Source of the DNA: Candidatus Methylomirabilota bacterium
GTDB taxonomy: Bacteria > Methylomirabilota > Methylomirabilia > Rokubacteriales > CSP1-6
DNA: 20,007 nucleotides
Direction: 5' to 3'
NCBI GenBank assembly: GCA_046726415.1
Contig: JBKPAK010000307.1
Coordinates: 1-20,007 of the forward strand
Shown here: positions 1-8,067 of the stretch, piece after piece
Numbering within the stretch: position 1 is the stretch's first letter
How the letters are laid out: each line of letters opens with the position of its first letter
Translations under genes and position numbers: made by a program
Notes under the pieces: generated by a model
Told to the model about the DNA's origin: nothing
Databases searched by the model: none
Seen by the model: the letters and a program-made list of their open reading frames with translations, nothing else

Positions 1-1
1 C

Positions 2-727
2 CTCCAGCGGCTTCTGGCGCGTGCCGCGGTTTCGGCCATCTGGGACGATCATGAGGTGGCCAACGATTTCGACAGCTCGTACCCGACCCTCGTCGAGGGG
101 CGCACGGCCCTGCGCGAGTACTGGCCGATGCGCACGGCGGACCCGACGATTCTCTACCGCCGGCTATCCTGGGGACCCGCCGTGGACGTGTTCATTCTCG
201 ACACCCGTCAGTACCGCAGCCCCAACGTGACGCCGGACGGCTCGCGCAAGACGATGCTGGGTCGGCGCCAAAAGGACTGGTTCAAGGAGGAGCTGCGGGC
301 CTCGCGGGCGCCCTTCAAGTTCGTGGTATCATCCGTCCCCTTCCTGGGCCCTTTCGGAATCGACAAGTGGAACGGCTTCGCCACCGAGCGCGACGAGTTG
401 AAGCGCTACTTCAAGCGCGAGCGGATCGGCGGCATCGTCTTTCTCAGCGCCGACATGCACGTGGCCATGGACCTCGCCGACCGCGACGGCCTGCGCGACT
501 TCATCGCCGGACCCATCGGCGCCTGGCCGTTCTGTCGCATCGCGCCCCGACGCGGCCCCCTCCGGAACACCGAGCGCTTTTCCCTCTGTGACACGTACAA
601 CTATGGGCTGGTGACCGTACGGCCCGAGGCGAGCCCTCCGGAGATCGAAGTGCAGATCCTCGACGGGCAGAACACCGTCCGCTACTCCACGCGCATCGCG
701 GCAGCGATGACCGCACGCAACGCGTGA
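2..727 (+). CDS. phoD: Alkaline phosphatase D family metallophosphoesterase, 5'-truncated by the window edge
   Basis: The frame is open from position 2: LQRLLARAAVSAIWDDHEVANDF...LDTRQYRS...TMLGRRQKDW...VSSVPF...DKWNGFATERDEL...FLSADMH. WDDHE, LDTRxYR, DxWxGF and LSxDxH are characteristic PhoD motifs. Stop TGA at 725-727. Confidence 0.9.
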   Translation, partial: LQRLLARAAVSAIWDDHEVANDFDSSYPTLVEGRTALREYWPMRTADPTILYRRLSWGPAVDVFILDTRQYRSPNVTPDGSRKTMLGRRQKDWFKEELRASRAPFKFVVSSVPFLGPFGIDKWNGFATERDELKRYFKRERIGGIVFLSADMHVAMDLADRDGLRDFIAGPIGAWPFCRIAPRRGPLRNTERFSLCDTYNYGLVTVRPEASPPEIEVQILDGQNTVRYSTRIAAAMTARNA

Positions 728-797
728 GGTCACGGTAAGCCCAATCAGGCCGATCGGACCTCTCACGCAGTATTCTTGTCGGACCAAATCCGGGACC

Positions 798-1326
798 CGC
801 CCCTTCGACCTGCCCGCGGAGTTCGACCCGTACTGGCTCACAGTAGTGGCGAACCGGGTGACGTTGTAGCCGTGGGAATACACCTACGAGGCCCGGACCG
901 ACCGCGAGACCAGGACGGTCACTATGACCTCGGCCGTACGCTGGGTTCTGAGCTTCACCTCGGCGTACACGCTGTCCCTGACGAGACAGGCCCTAGCCAA
1001 CAAAGGCGAGCGCCGCCCCGAACACATCAGCCAGTTCGTCGTCAACGCTCTCGTCGCCCAACTCGTCATCACCCACACCCCGGGCCTCACGCCGCTCCTG
1101 AACGACCTGCGCTACCAGCTCCAGACTGACCACGCCCCTGACCTCCCCAAGCTGCCCCCTCGTCACCATCACCTCAGGCCTGCCCTCATTCCGTCCCGCC
1201 GACGACATGATCATGGACGCCACCAGCTTCTCGGGCATCCCCGCCTTCATCGAGCTGGTCGACGTCCACGCCCTACCCCAGTTGCAGGACCCGCTGGAGG
1301 CTCGAATCGAGGAACTGCTGCGCTGA
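798..1326 (+). pseudogene. Disrupted hypothetical protein (N-terminus missing, in-frame stop, one frameshift)
   Basis: Reads RPFDLPAEFDPYWLTVVANRVTL*PWEYTYEARTDRETRTVTMTSAVRWVLSF...PKLP, with TAG at 867-869. After a +1 shift in the C5 run at 1155-1159 it continues LVTITSGLPSFRPADDMIMDATSFSGIPAFIELVDVHALPQLQDPLEARIEELLR*. Codon usage is strongly coding-like in both pieces. Confidence 0.75.
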
Positions 1327-1606
1327 GACGGCCAAGCCCACACAACAGGGCTGGTCCCCGGGAAGCGCAATGGCAGCCGCTGGGCCTGCGCAGCAGCGTA
1401 GGATGTTCGAGATGCCGTCCTGCCAAGGCCGGTGCAGGAGGGCCCGCGGAGAGGACGCCACACTTTGTGTTATCGGACATGGAATCGCCCGGCTGGTCCC
1501 ACTTGGCCGTCGCGTACAGCGCCATTGGAGCCTCCGGAGTTTCGCTGGGGGTGCCAGGCTCACGCCACTCCCCCTCCCCTCGGCTCGTCGAGGCGCACCC
1601 CGACCC

Positions 1607-4078
1607 CTACCTACGAATGTCGACGGAAAATCGAGCCGCCGGTGTGCCGACGTCGGCGAACGAGGTCACCCCTTCGCTAGTCAGGCCGACCTCCAGCATG
1701 TAGCGGCCGCGTGTTCCCGGCGCATCGATGCTCAGCTCTGTGCGGTACGTCTGCCCGGGGAAGACGTCATAGCGGATTCGCTCCGCATCGAGGAAGGGCA
1801 GGGGCGTGCCCCCCTCCGGTGTCCAGCGCCAGATGAAGCGAACCGCGCCGCGGTTCTGCGTCGCCCGGGCGAGCCACAAGGCGCCACCGGTGTTGCGCGC
1901 CTCGACTGGGAGCAGGAACGACTCGAAGGGCGCACAGACGAGGGCTGTGTTGGTGGAGGTGTACTGCGCGCCGAGCAGCCGAGGGCCCTCGGCGCTGGTC
2001 AGCAACGGGGCCTCACGGATCTCGAAGGCGCGCGCTCCTGCTATCAGGCCAATGGCCGGGAAGGCGAGCCGCAGGTCGTACACGCCGGGGGTCGACGGCG
2101 CGGTCATACGGACGGAGACTGCGGCCGTCTCGTCCGGCGCCACCGCGAACGGCAAGGCGACGCGGACCGTCTCGCGAACAACCCGCGCCGACCCGTGCTC
2201 CTTCCACTCGACGTCGGCGCGGGCGAGCCCCTGAGGCCCGGGATAGCGCCACGCACGTCCGGCCTCGCCGCGCAGGATCAGGCCGAGCCTCACCGTGCGG
2301 CCTGGCGGAAGCCAGGCGGGGGTGTCGAGACTGGCCAGGAGAACGGAGGAGAGAACCACAGGATCCACGGTCCCTGAGTAGACGACGTCGCCCTGAAAAG
2401 TGGCGAGCCTCCGCATCGCGCCCGCCCGTTCCGCGGCCTCCCAGCGCGCGCCTTCGTCGGCCGTCAGCTTGTCGCCGTGGACAACGATGGCGGCCACGCC
2501 CAGCGCCGCCGCCGTGCGTCGCGCCGCCGCCCCCGGTAACCCGCTCAGCACGGTCTGCAGCTCATCCAGCGCACGGGGCCAGAACCCGCTGCGCCCGTTC
2601 ACGAGGGGGAGCCAGTGCACGGTGCTGAAGTATTGCCACCGAAGATCGTCCGTGGCGTTAAGTGGCAACTCCACGACGGGACCCGGACGCTGCGCGGCGA
2701 GCCAGTGATGTGCCGGTGACGGCGGAGGTACCGCGACCAGGGGGAGCGGCTTCGCGCCCAGCTCGACGAGGAAGAGACCAATCAACGCGAGCGCCGCCAG
2801 TGCGGGGTGCCGTGTGAGGGTGCCGACGCGTGCGGCCCCCAGGGCGATCAGTGGGATGGCGCCCAGGAGCGCCAGGAGCATGAAGCGGGCAGGCGCGCGC
2901 ATGACATCCCATCCAGGCACGAGGTAGTAGGGGATCTGGTAGGGGAGGGGGAGAAGCGTCCTCCAACCCAGTACCGTGAGCCATGGGCCGAGGGCAAGCA
3001 CAAGCGCGACGCTGATCATGATCCACGACGCGACCCTCAGCCGGCGGGCCTCCGCCGGCTGAAGCCCGTTAGCCGGGCTGCGGCTTCCTAGGAGCACGAG
3101 CGCCGCCGCGACGAAGCCGGGGAACAGGAGCGTCTCGTGGTTGGTGAACGGCAGGATGGGCGCGGCCATCCGACGATAGACGTCGTTCATGAGCGCCGGC
3201 GGAGCCGCGAAGCTCACGAGGTCTGCGGAGAAGGCGGCCACCGAGCTCAGAGCTCGCGTCGCTTCCCAGCGATGGGCGACGACGGTGTAGGCCAGGTGCA
3301 CGGGTAGCAGAACGACCACGCTGACCGCAGCGAAGGCCAGGACCCGGGACAGCATCGCGCGGGCCCACCACGTTCGGTCAACGACCAGGACGTAGTGGCC
3401 GACGTAGAGGATGGCCCCGACGGTGACCATGTACGCGAGATAGCTTGAGGCCAGAACCTGGAGCCACCAGAAGAACGCGAAGAGCCCGAGGTCGCACCAG
3501 CGGCGGTGCCGCAGTGTGCGGTCAAGGAACAGCAGGGCAAGCGGGGCCCAGAAGAACCCGAGGAGCTGGAGATGCGCGACCTGGCCCAAACGCCACGGAG
3601 CGAAGCCGTAGAGGACGCCCGCCACCATCGACGGCCAGAACGCTCGTGTCCAGTACCGCGCGAGGCAGAACGCGGAGAGGCTCGAGATCGCGAACGACAA
3701 AAGGAAGAGCATGTTGTAGGCGGCGAGCGGGTTGCCGGTAACCAACAGCACGGGACCGGCGATGGGCAGGACTCCGAGCAGGTGGTCCGAGAAGGCAAGC
3801 GACAGCTCCACGGGGTACGCGATGTTGGCGTCGAAGAACCGGTGTGGATCGCCACCGAGTGCGCGCACGCCCCACGCCAGCACCCAGGCGTTGAAAAGCG
3901 GGTCCAGGAGATCAGAGGGGACGTGGGTACCGAGGTGCCGGGCCAGCGGGAACGTCTTGGCCACGGCGAGGACGAGAAAGAGGCCAGCGGCGACGACCGT
4001 GCTCGCCAACGGCGTACACCATACCACGCCTTCCATCGCGACGCCCCAGGCGCGGACGACGGAGCCTAGGACGGACAA
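1607..4078 (-). CDS. Polytopic GT-C-like (YfhO-like) membrane glycosyltransferase with two C-terminal Ig-like beta-sandwich repeats
   Basis: Many hydrophobic helices. The first loop DLLDPLFNAWVLAW...FFDANIAYP...LAFSDH, plus RAPARF and STVHWLPLVNGRSGF, are typical of this family. The C-terminus has two similar repeats ending V.P...APxxPGxYxLx[LV]. The start is placed at TTG 4078, 6 nt after AGGAGGAGG; ATG 4036 and the annotated ATG 4258 are alternatives. Confidence 0.75.
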   Translation of the reverse strand: MSVLGSVVRAWGVAMEGVVWCTPLASTVVAAGLFLVLAVAKTFPLARHLGTHVPSDLLDPLFNAWVLAWGVRALGGDPHRFFDANIAYPVELSLAFSDHLLGVLPIAGPVLLVTGNPLAAYNMLFLLSFAISSLSAFCLARYWTRAFWPSMVAGVLYGFAPWRLGQVAHLQLLGFFWAPLALLFLDRTLRHRRWCDLGLFAFFWWLQVLASSYLAYMVTVGAILYVGHYVLVVDRTWWARAMLSRVLAFAAVSVVVLLPVHLAYTVVAHRWEATRALSSVAAFSADLVSFAAPPALMNDVYRRMAAPILPFTNHETLLFPGFVAAALVLLGSRSPANGLQPAEARRLRVASWIMISVALVLALGPWLTVLGWRTLLPLPYQIPYYLVPGWDVMRAPARFMLLALLGAIPLIALGAARVGTLTRHPALAALALIGLFLVELGAKPLPLVAVPPPSPAHHWLAAQRPGPVVELPLNATDDLRWQYFSTVHWLPLVNGRSGFWPRALDELQTVLSGLPGAAARRTAAALGVAAIVVHGDKLTADEGARWEAAERAGAMRRLATFQGDVVYSGTVDPVVLSSVLLASLDTPAWLPPGRTVRLGLILRGEAGRAWRYPGPQGLARADVEWKEHGSARVVRETVRVALPFAVAPDETAAVSVRMTAPSTPGVYDLRLAFPAIGLIAGARAFEIREAPLLTSAEGPRLLGAQYTSTNTALVCAPFESFLLPVEARNTGGALWLARATQNRGAVRFIWRWTPEGGTPLPFLDAERIRYDVFPGQTYRTELSIDAPGTRGRYMLEVGLTSEGVTSFADVGTPAARFSVDIRR

Positions 4079-4724
4079 ACGCCACCTCCTCCTGTTCCCT
4101 CCCGTACCGAATGCTGACCTGCCACCCCGCGAGCGCCAACCTGCTCCCGGCGCCGGCGCCCTGGTGGGGGTGAAGGCAAGCGGCCGCGCCGTGATCCCTT
4201 GCTGGTCCCACGCCATTCTGTTCCGCCACGAGGTGGGAAAGGAATAGGGCGGAGCCATCGAGCCTCCTCGTCACAGTGGCGATAGCACCTCGACACCGCT
4301 CTTAGTGCACACTTGACGGACGCGATGGCTCTTCTGTCTCATCCTTCACGCCTAATCCGGGCTAAGCCCAGGAAGAAGTACGGTGAGGTAGACCGCCATG
4401 GTCGTCTGGCGGCGGTCCTTCGACGGCTGGGTTCAGCCTCGACGTCCGAGGGCGTCGAATCGAGGTTACCCGCCCAACACCCGTGCCTAGCCGCTTGGGA
4501 ACTCAGGTCCGAGTGTGCTCCCATAGGTGCTGAGGAGGGCCATGGAAACGCAGCCATCGTCCGCAGCCTTTCGAGCGCCTTGTCGGCGTTGAGGGGAGCC
4601 CCGGGAGGGCCGTGTCCGCACGCGGCGACACGGCCGCCTACGCATCTTAGAACCAGGCCCCATCCGCCGGCGCCGCTGCCTTCTCGGCTGCGTCAGACAC
4701 CGTTCGTGCTGCCTAGCCTCCGCC

Positions 4725-5002
4725 GTGAACAATACCGAAGCGGTTTGGGTAGTCGAGTGCGTATCCGCTAGGGGCAATCGCAAGCGCAGGAGAGATTGCC
4801 GTGCAGCCCTAAAGCTCGAAGCGACGACGGGTCCGAAGAACAATGTCGACGAATGGAAACAGATTCAATGGTCGGGCGATTCGGGCGACGCCGTGCAGAA
4901 CTCTCCGAACCGCCGCAAACTATCGCTGGCCGCCAGCAAGAAGTACCATATTGAAGCCAAACTCGGCGGGGTTAGCGATTCGCTTGACGTCTGGGTCCTT
5001 CG
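4725..5002 (+). pseudogene. Orphan internal fragment of a soluble, beta-rich protein
   Basis: A-rich stretch that reads protein-like: LEATTGPKNNVDEWKQIQWSGDSGDAVQNSPNRRKLSLAASKKYHIEAKLGGVSDSLDVWVL. It has no RBS and turns abruptly into low-complexity Arg/Ala sequence after about 5000. Confidence 0.5.
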
Positions 5003-5110
5003 CGGGCGACGCGTGAGCGCACGTCTGGCGGGATGCCGACGAACCCGATCGATGGCCGCCGCGGTCCTTGCCAACCGCGGGCGACGCGCCACCTGTGGCT
5101 CGGCAGCGCT

Positions 5111-6487
5111 ATGCGGACTCTCCAGCTTCCCCTGTTCCTCCTCCTGCTGTTGACCCTGATCGTCGTCACCTGGGTTCAGCCCTACCGCAACAAGCCGCCC
5201 ATCCGCTCGGACGGCGTGGGCTACCACATCTGGACCCATGCCCTTCTGACGCTCGATTTCAGGTTCTGCCAGCTCGCCGAGCGGGCTGGCGCGCAGGGGG
5301 CCATATCGGCCAGGAATTCCGCGACGGGCATCTGCCACAACAAGTATCCCCCCGGGGTGGCCCTCCTGCGCCTTCCGTTCATGGCCCCGTTCGCCAGCCG
5401 CCAGCTCGACGGCGAAGCGCGCAAGCCGCTGATCACCGCCTGGGAGCATCGGATGAGCCTCGCGCTGGGTTCGCTTGCCCTCTTTCTGACCGCGCTCTTC
5501 TCCTTCTGGACTCTCAGGCGACTGGACGTCTCGCCGGGGTGGGCTCAATGCGCCGTATTCTTCGCGCTGTTCGGGACGGGACTCTTCCACTACGGGACCT
5601 ACGACTCGAGCTTCTCTCACGTGTATTCGGCTCTGCTCCTCGCCATCCTTTTGTGGGTGGTGCTCGGTCGACCCGATCACAACCTCGGGAGGGGAGTCGG
5701 CACTTCGGTTGCTCTCTTGGCCTTGCTTCTGGTTCTCGTGAGAAATACGAATGTTCTCCTCGTCGCGCTGGCGGCGGTGACCGCCTGGGGCGCCGGGGCT
5801 CGGCCCTGCCTCCTGCCCCTCGCCATCGGCACCGCGGGCGGCGCGACGGTCCAGATCGCCTACAACGTCCTGGCCACGGGCACCATGACCCTCTCGAGCT
5901 ACGGAACGGAACGCTTCATCTGGAGCCGCCCGATGTGGGCAGCGGTGTTGCTGTCCTATGAGCGCGGGGTGTTCACGTACTACCCGGTCCTCGCGGTCGC
6001 GCTGGTTGCCGGACTGATCGTTCGTCGGACGCGAAGGGCGAGTCTCCTGATGTGCGGGCTCTTCCTTCTCGTCGCTGGCATCTATGGATTCTGGGCCAGC
6101 TGGTATCTCGGCGGCGGGTTCGGCCACCGGGGCTTCGTCGAGTTCACGCCGGCGGTGGCCTTGCTCCTCGGCGTGGCCCTCCAGGGGATGCGCCCGCGCG
6201 CGCGGACGGCGATCACCGCCGCCTGTCTCATGGCCACGTGCATGACGACGCACCTGATGTGGGGATACTGGCAGAGAACCCTCCCCTTTGAGCACGCCGA
6301 TGGGAGACTCTACTGGGCGCACCTGTGGGGAGAATTCGGCCTCCCCGCGCGTTTCCACGCCGGGTTCGTCGTGCTCGCGATCGCACTGGCGGCCTACCTC
6401 GTCACGCTCATGGCATCGGCAACGGCTGCTCGCGCCCGCCGAGGCCGCCGCTCAGCACGCGACACAACCGGGGGCCACGCGGAATGA
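5111..6487 (+). CDS. Polytopic GT-C-like membrane glycosyltransferase
   Basis: An N-terminal TM helix is followed by a loop IRSDGVGYH...DFRF...NKYPPGVALLRLPF. Later motifs are SHVYSA, LVRNTN, ERGVFTYYP and WYLGGGFGHRGFVE, with about 10 or more hydrophobic segments. ATG 5111 is preferred over 5033 because the hydrophobic region starts there. Confidence 0.75.
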   Translation: MRTLQLPLFLLLLLTLIVVTWVQPYRNKPPIRSDGVGYHIWTHALLTLDFRFCQLAERAGAQGAISARNSATGICHNKYPPGVALLRLPFMAPFASRQLDGEARKPLITAWEHRMSLALGSLALFLTALFSFWTLRRLDVSPGWAQCAVFFALFGTGLFHYGTYDSSFSHVYSALLLAILLWVVLGRPDHNLGRGVGTSVALLALLLVLVRNTNVLLVALAAVTAWGAGARPCLLPLAIGTAGGATVQIAYNVLATGTMTLSSYGTERFIWSRPMWAAVLLSYERGVFTYYPVLAVALVAGLIVRRTRRASLLMCGLFLLVAGIYGFWASWYLGGGFGHRGFVEFTPAVALLLGVALQGMRPRARTAITAACLMATCMTTHLMWGYWQRTLPFEHADGRLYWAHLWGEFGLPARFHAGFVVLAIALAAYLVTLMASATAARARRGRRSARDTTGGHAE

Positions 6488-6519
6488 CGATGGCCGCGGA
6501 GAGCAGCAAGACGCCGACA

Positions 6520-6900
6520 ACTACGGTGTACCGGGGCACGGGCCTCAAGGCCTTCGCCCCACTCACCGCCGAAGCTCGACGACTCCGCGCTTTGCGAGGC
6601 CTTCGATTCCGAGAAGGCCAAGGCTCTCCTCAGAGAGGCCGGCTGGGCGCCCGGCTGATGCGTGACTGACGGCCGCCTGACTACTGGTACGCCAGTGCTG
6701 GGTCCGGTTGCGTGGTCGAGACGGTGGACGGCTCGGCGGGGCACGCCGGGTATGAGGTGGCCGTCGATGTACGTCAGCTGGTGGACGCCCGCGCCGATTC
6801 GCGCCGAGTGAGGGATCCCGGCCGACCGGCGCCGGGCGTGACGCCGACGGCGTCGACGGCCTACTTGCTCCCGAGCACCCAGACCGCTCCCCAGGGACGT
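6520..6900 (+). pseudogene. Remnant of a peptide/nickel ABC transporter substrate-binding protein (family 5)
   Basis: Frameshifted pieces: VYRGTGLKAFAPLT, then FDSEKAKALLREAGWAPG* (matching the YDPEKAKALLKEAGW motif), then EVAVDVRQL. Boundaries are approximate. Confidence 0.65.
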
Positions 6901-7039
6901 TCCGGCGGGCAGGCGAGGAATCGCTGCGTGCGCAGCCATGATCGCCCCGGGGTCCCTGGCGGACGGGCGTACCGCCGGGGGCGCTCTCCCCGGCCTCTTC
7001 TTCCCCTCGCCGCGAGTGATCCTCGGCCGCGCTCAACAC

Positions 7040-7394
7040 CCCGAGTCTTCTGGCCGCTTGCGATCAGAGGATCAGATCCGACCACAACCTTGGCCCGCGC
7101 GCCGGGCAGAGCGAAGCTCGCGCCATGCCCGGGCCGAGTCTCGTCAACATGATCATCGTCCTCGTGGTTGGCGGACGTCCCGTCTACACGCGGGTCATCC
7201 TGGCGGAGACGCTGTCGATCCGCGAACGCGAGTTCGTGGTGGCCGGTCGGTCGGGCCCTCGGCATGGGTCACCTGCGCGTCATCTCGTGGTGGATCGCCG
7301 CCTCCCCGGGCTCGCGATCTTCGTGACGACGCTCGCCATCAACCTAATGGGGAACGCCTTACGCGATTGGCTCGACCCGCACTTGAAGCTGTGA
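7040..7394 (+). pseudogene. Internally deleted, frameshifted DppC/OppC-type ABC permease
   Basis: GPSLVNMIIVLVVGGRPVYTRVILAETLSIREREFVVAGRS contains the EAA-loop region. SWWIAA appears in another frame, followed by PGLAIFVTTLAINLMGNALRDWLDPHLKL*, a classic DppC C-terminus. Confidence 0.85.
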
Positions 7395-7614
7395 GAGGGC
7401 CCAATCCGGCGGATGAAGCCGTTTTGATGACGAAGAGGAATTCGTAGATTTTCCCAAGGTCTTCCGAGAACGAAGACGTCGAGTTGTGTGGACGGTAAGC
7501 CGAATGGCGGTACACGGGTGGCCGTCGACCAGGGTTCTGAAGCTGACGCCGCGTCAGCCGACGCACGGGGCTGTCATTGGAAAGGCTGCCATCCGTCGGC
7601 GCGGGCGGCCGCCC
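7323..7614 (+). repeat. Copy A of a degenerate direct repeat (dppC 3' end plus downstream non-coding DNA)
   Basis: 7332-7382 matches 10060-10109 at 41 of 51 aligned positions. Further colinear blocks are tagattttccc/tagaatctccc, ggccgtcgaccag/ggccgtcgatcag and cgcgggcggccgccc. Confidence 0.8.
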
Positions 7615-8067
7615 CGACGGCTCGCCGCCCCGCTCACCGGCCTCCGCGCCTAGGTTATACTGTCGAGCATCTCGAAACACGTGTGAGTCGGGAGGCGCCG
7701 CGGGGCATATCTTCACACGTCGGAGGAGACGATGCTCTGGGGTCCGCGAGTGGGGGCAACCGTTCACCCGGGACTGGTGCGGAAGTCCGCCCACCCCGTC
7801 TCTCTCTCCCGCCAGCCGCGTGCCGCGGGACTCCCGAATTAGTCACCTCTCTCGCGCACCCATCCGCCAGCGCGACTCGAGTGTTGTGATCGCCGACAAC
7901 CCTTCGACCAACGTGATCGCCACGCTCGTGGCAACGGTCGCCGTGATCGGTTCCGCATCACTATTGCACGGCTGTGCCGGTTTACCCTCGGCGGCCGCAG
8001 CGCTAGCCACAGGCGGCGCTACTGCGCGGGCGACATCCGCCCACGCTCCCCAGAGCGGGACCGGGCA

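Noticed and set aside
867..869. Stop-codon recoding (TAG readthrough)
   Set aside because: The same gene also has a frameshift and a truncation, and TAG terminates other genes here normally.
1327..1511. MITE-like element with 10-bp inverted ends gacggccaag/cttggccgtc
   Set aside because: No target-site duplication, single copy, and short GC-rich repeats.
924..1703. 259-aa ORF as an intact gene
   Set aside because: It becomes non-protein-like after the C run at 1155-1159; the real continuation is in another frame ending at 1326.
4542..4620. Possible universal stress protein remnant (FERLVGVEGSP after a frameshift)
   Set aside because: Too short and degenerate to support.
4865..6358. 497-aa minus-strand ORF
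   Set aside because: Antisense shadow of the 5111-6487 membrane gene; no motifs.
7682..7717. CRP-like TGTGA...TCACA site
   Set aside because: The spacer is 26 nt, not 6.
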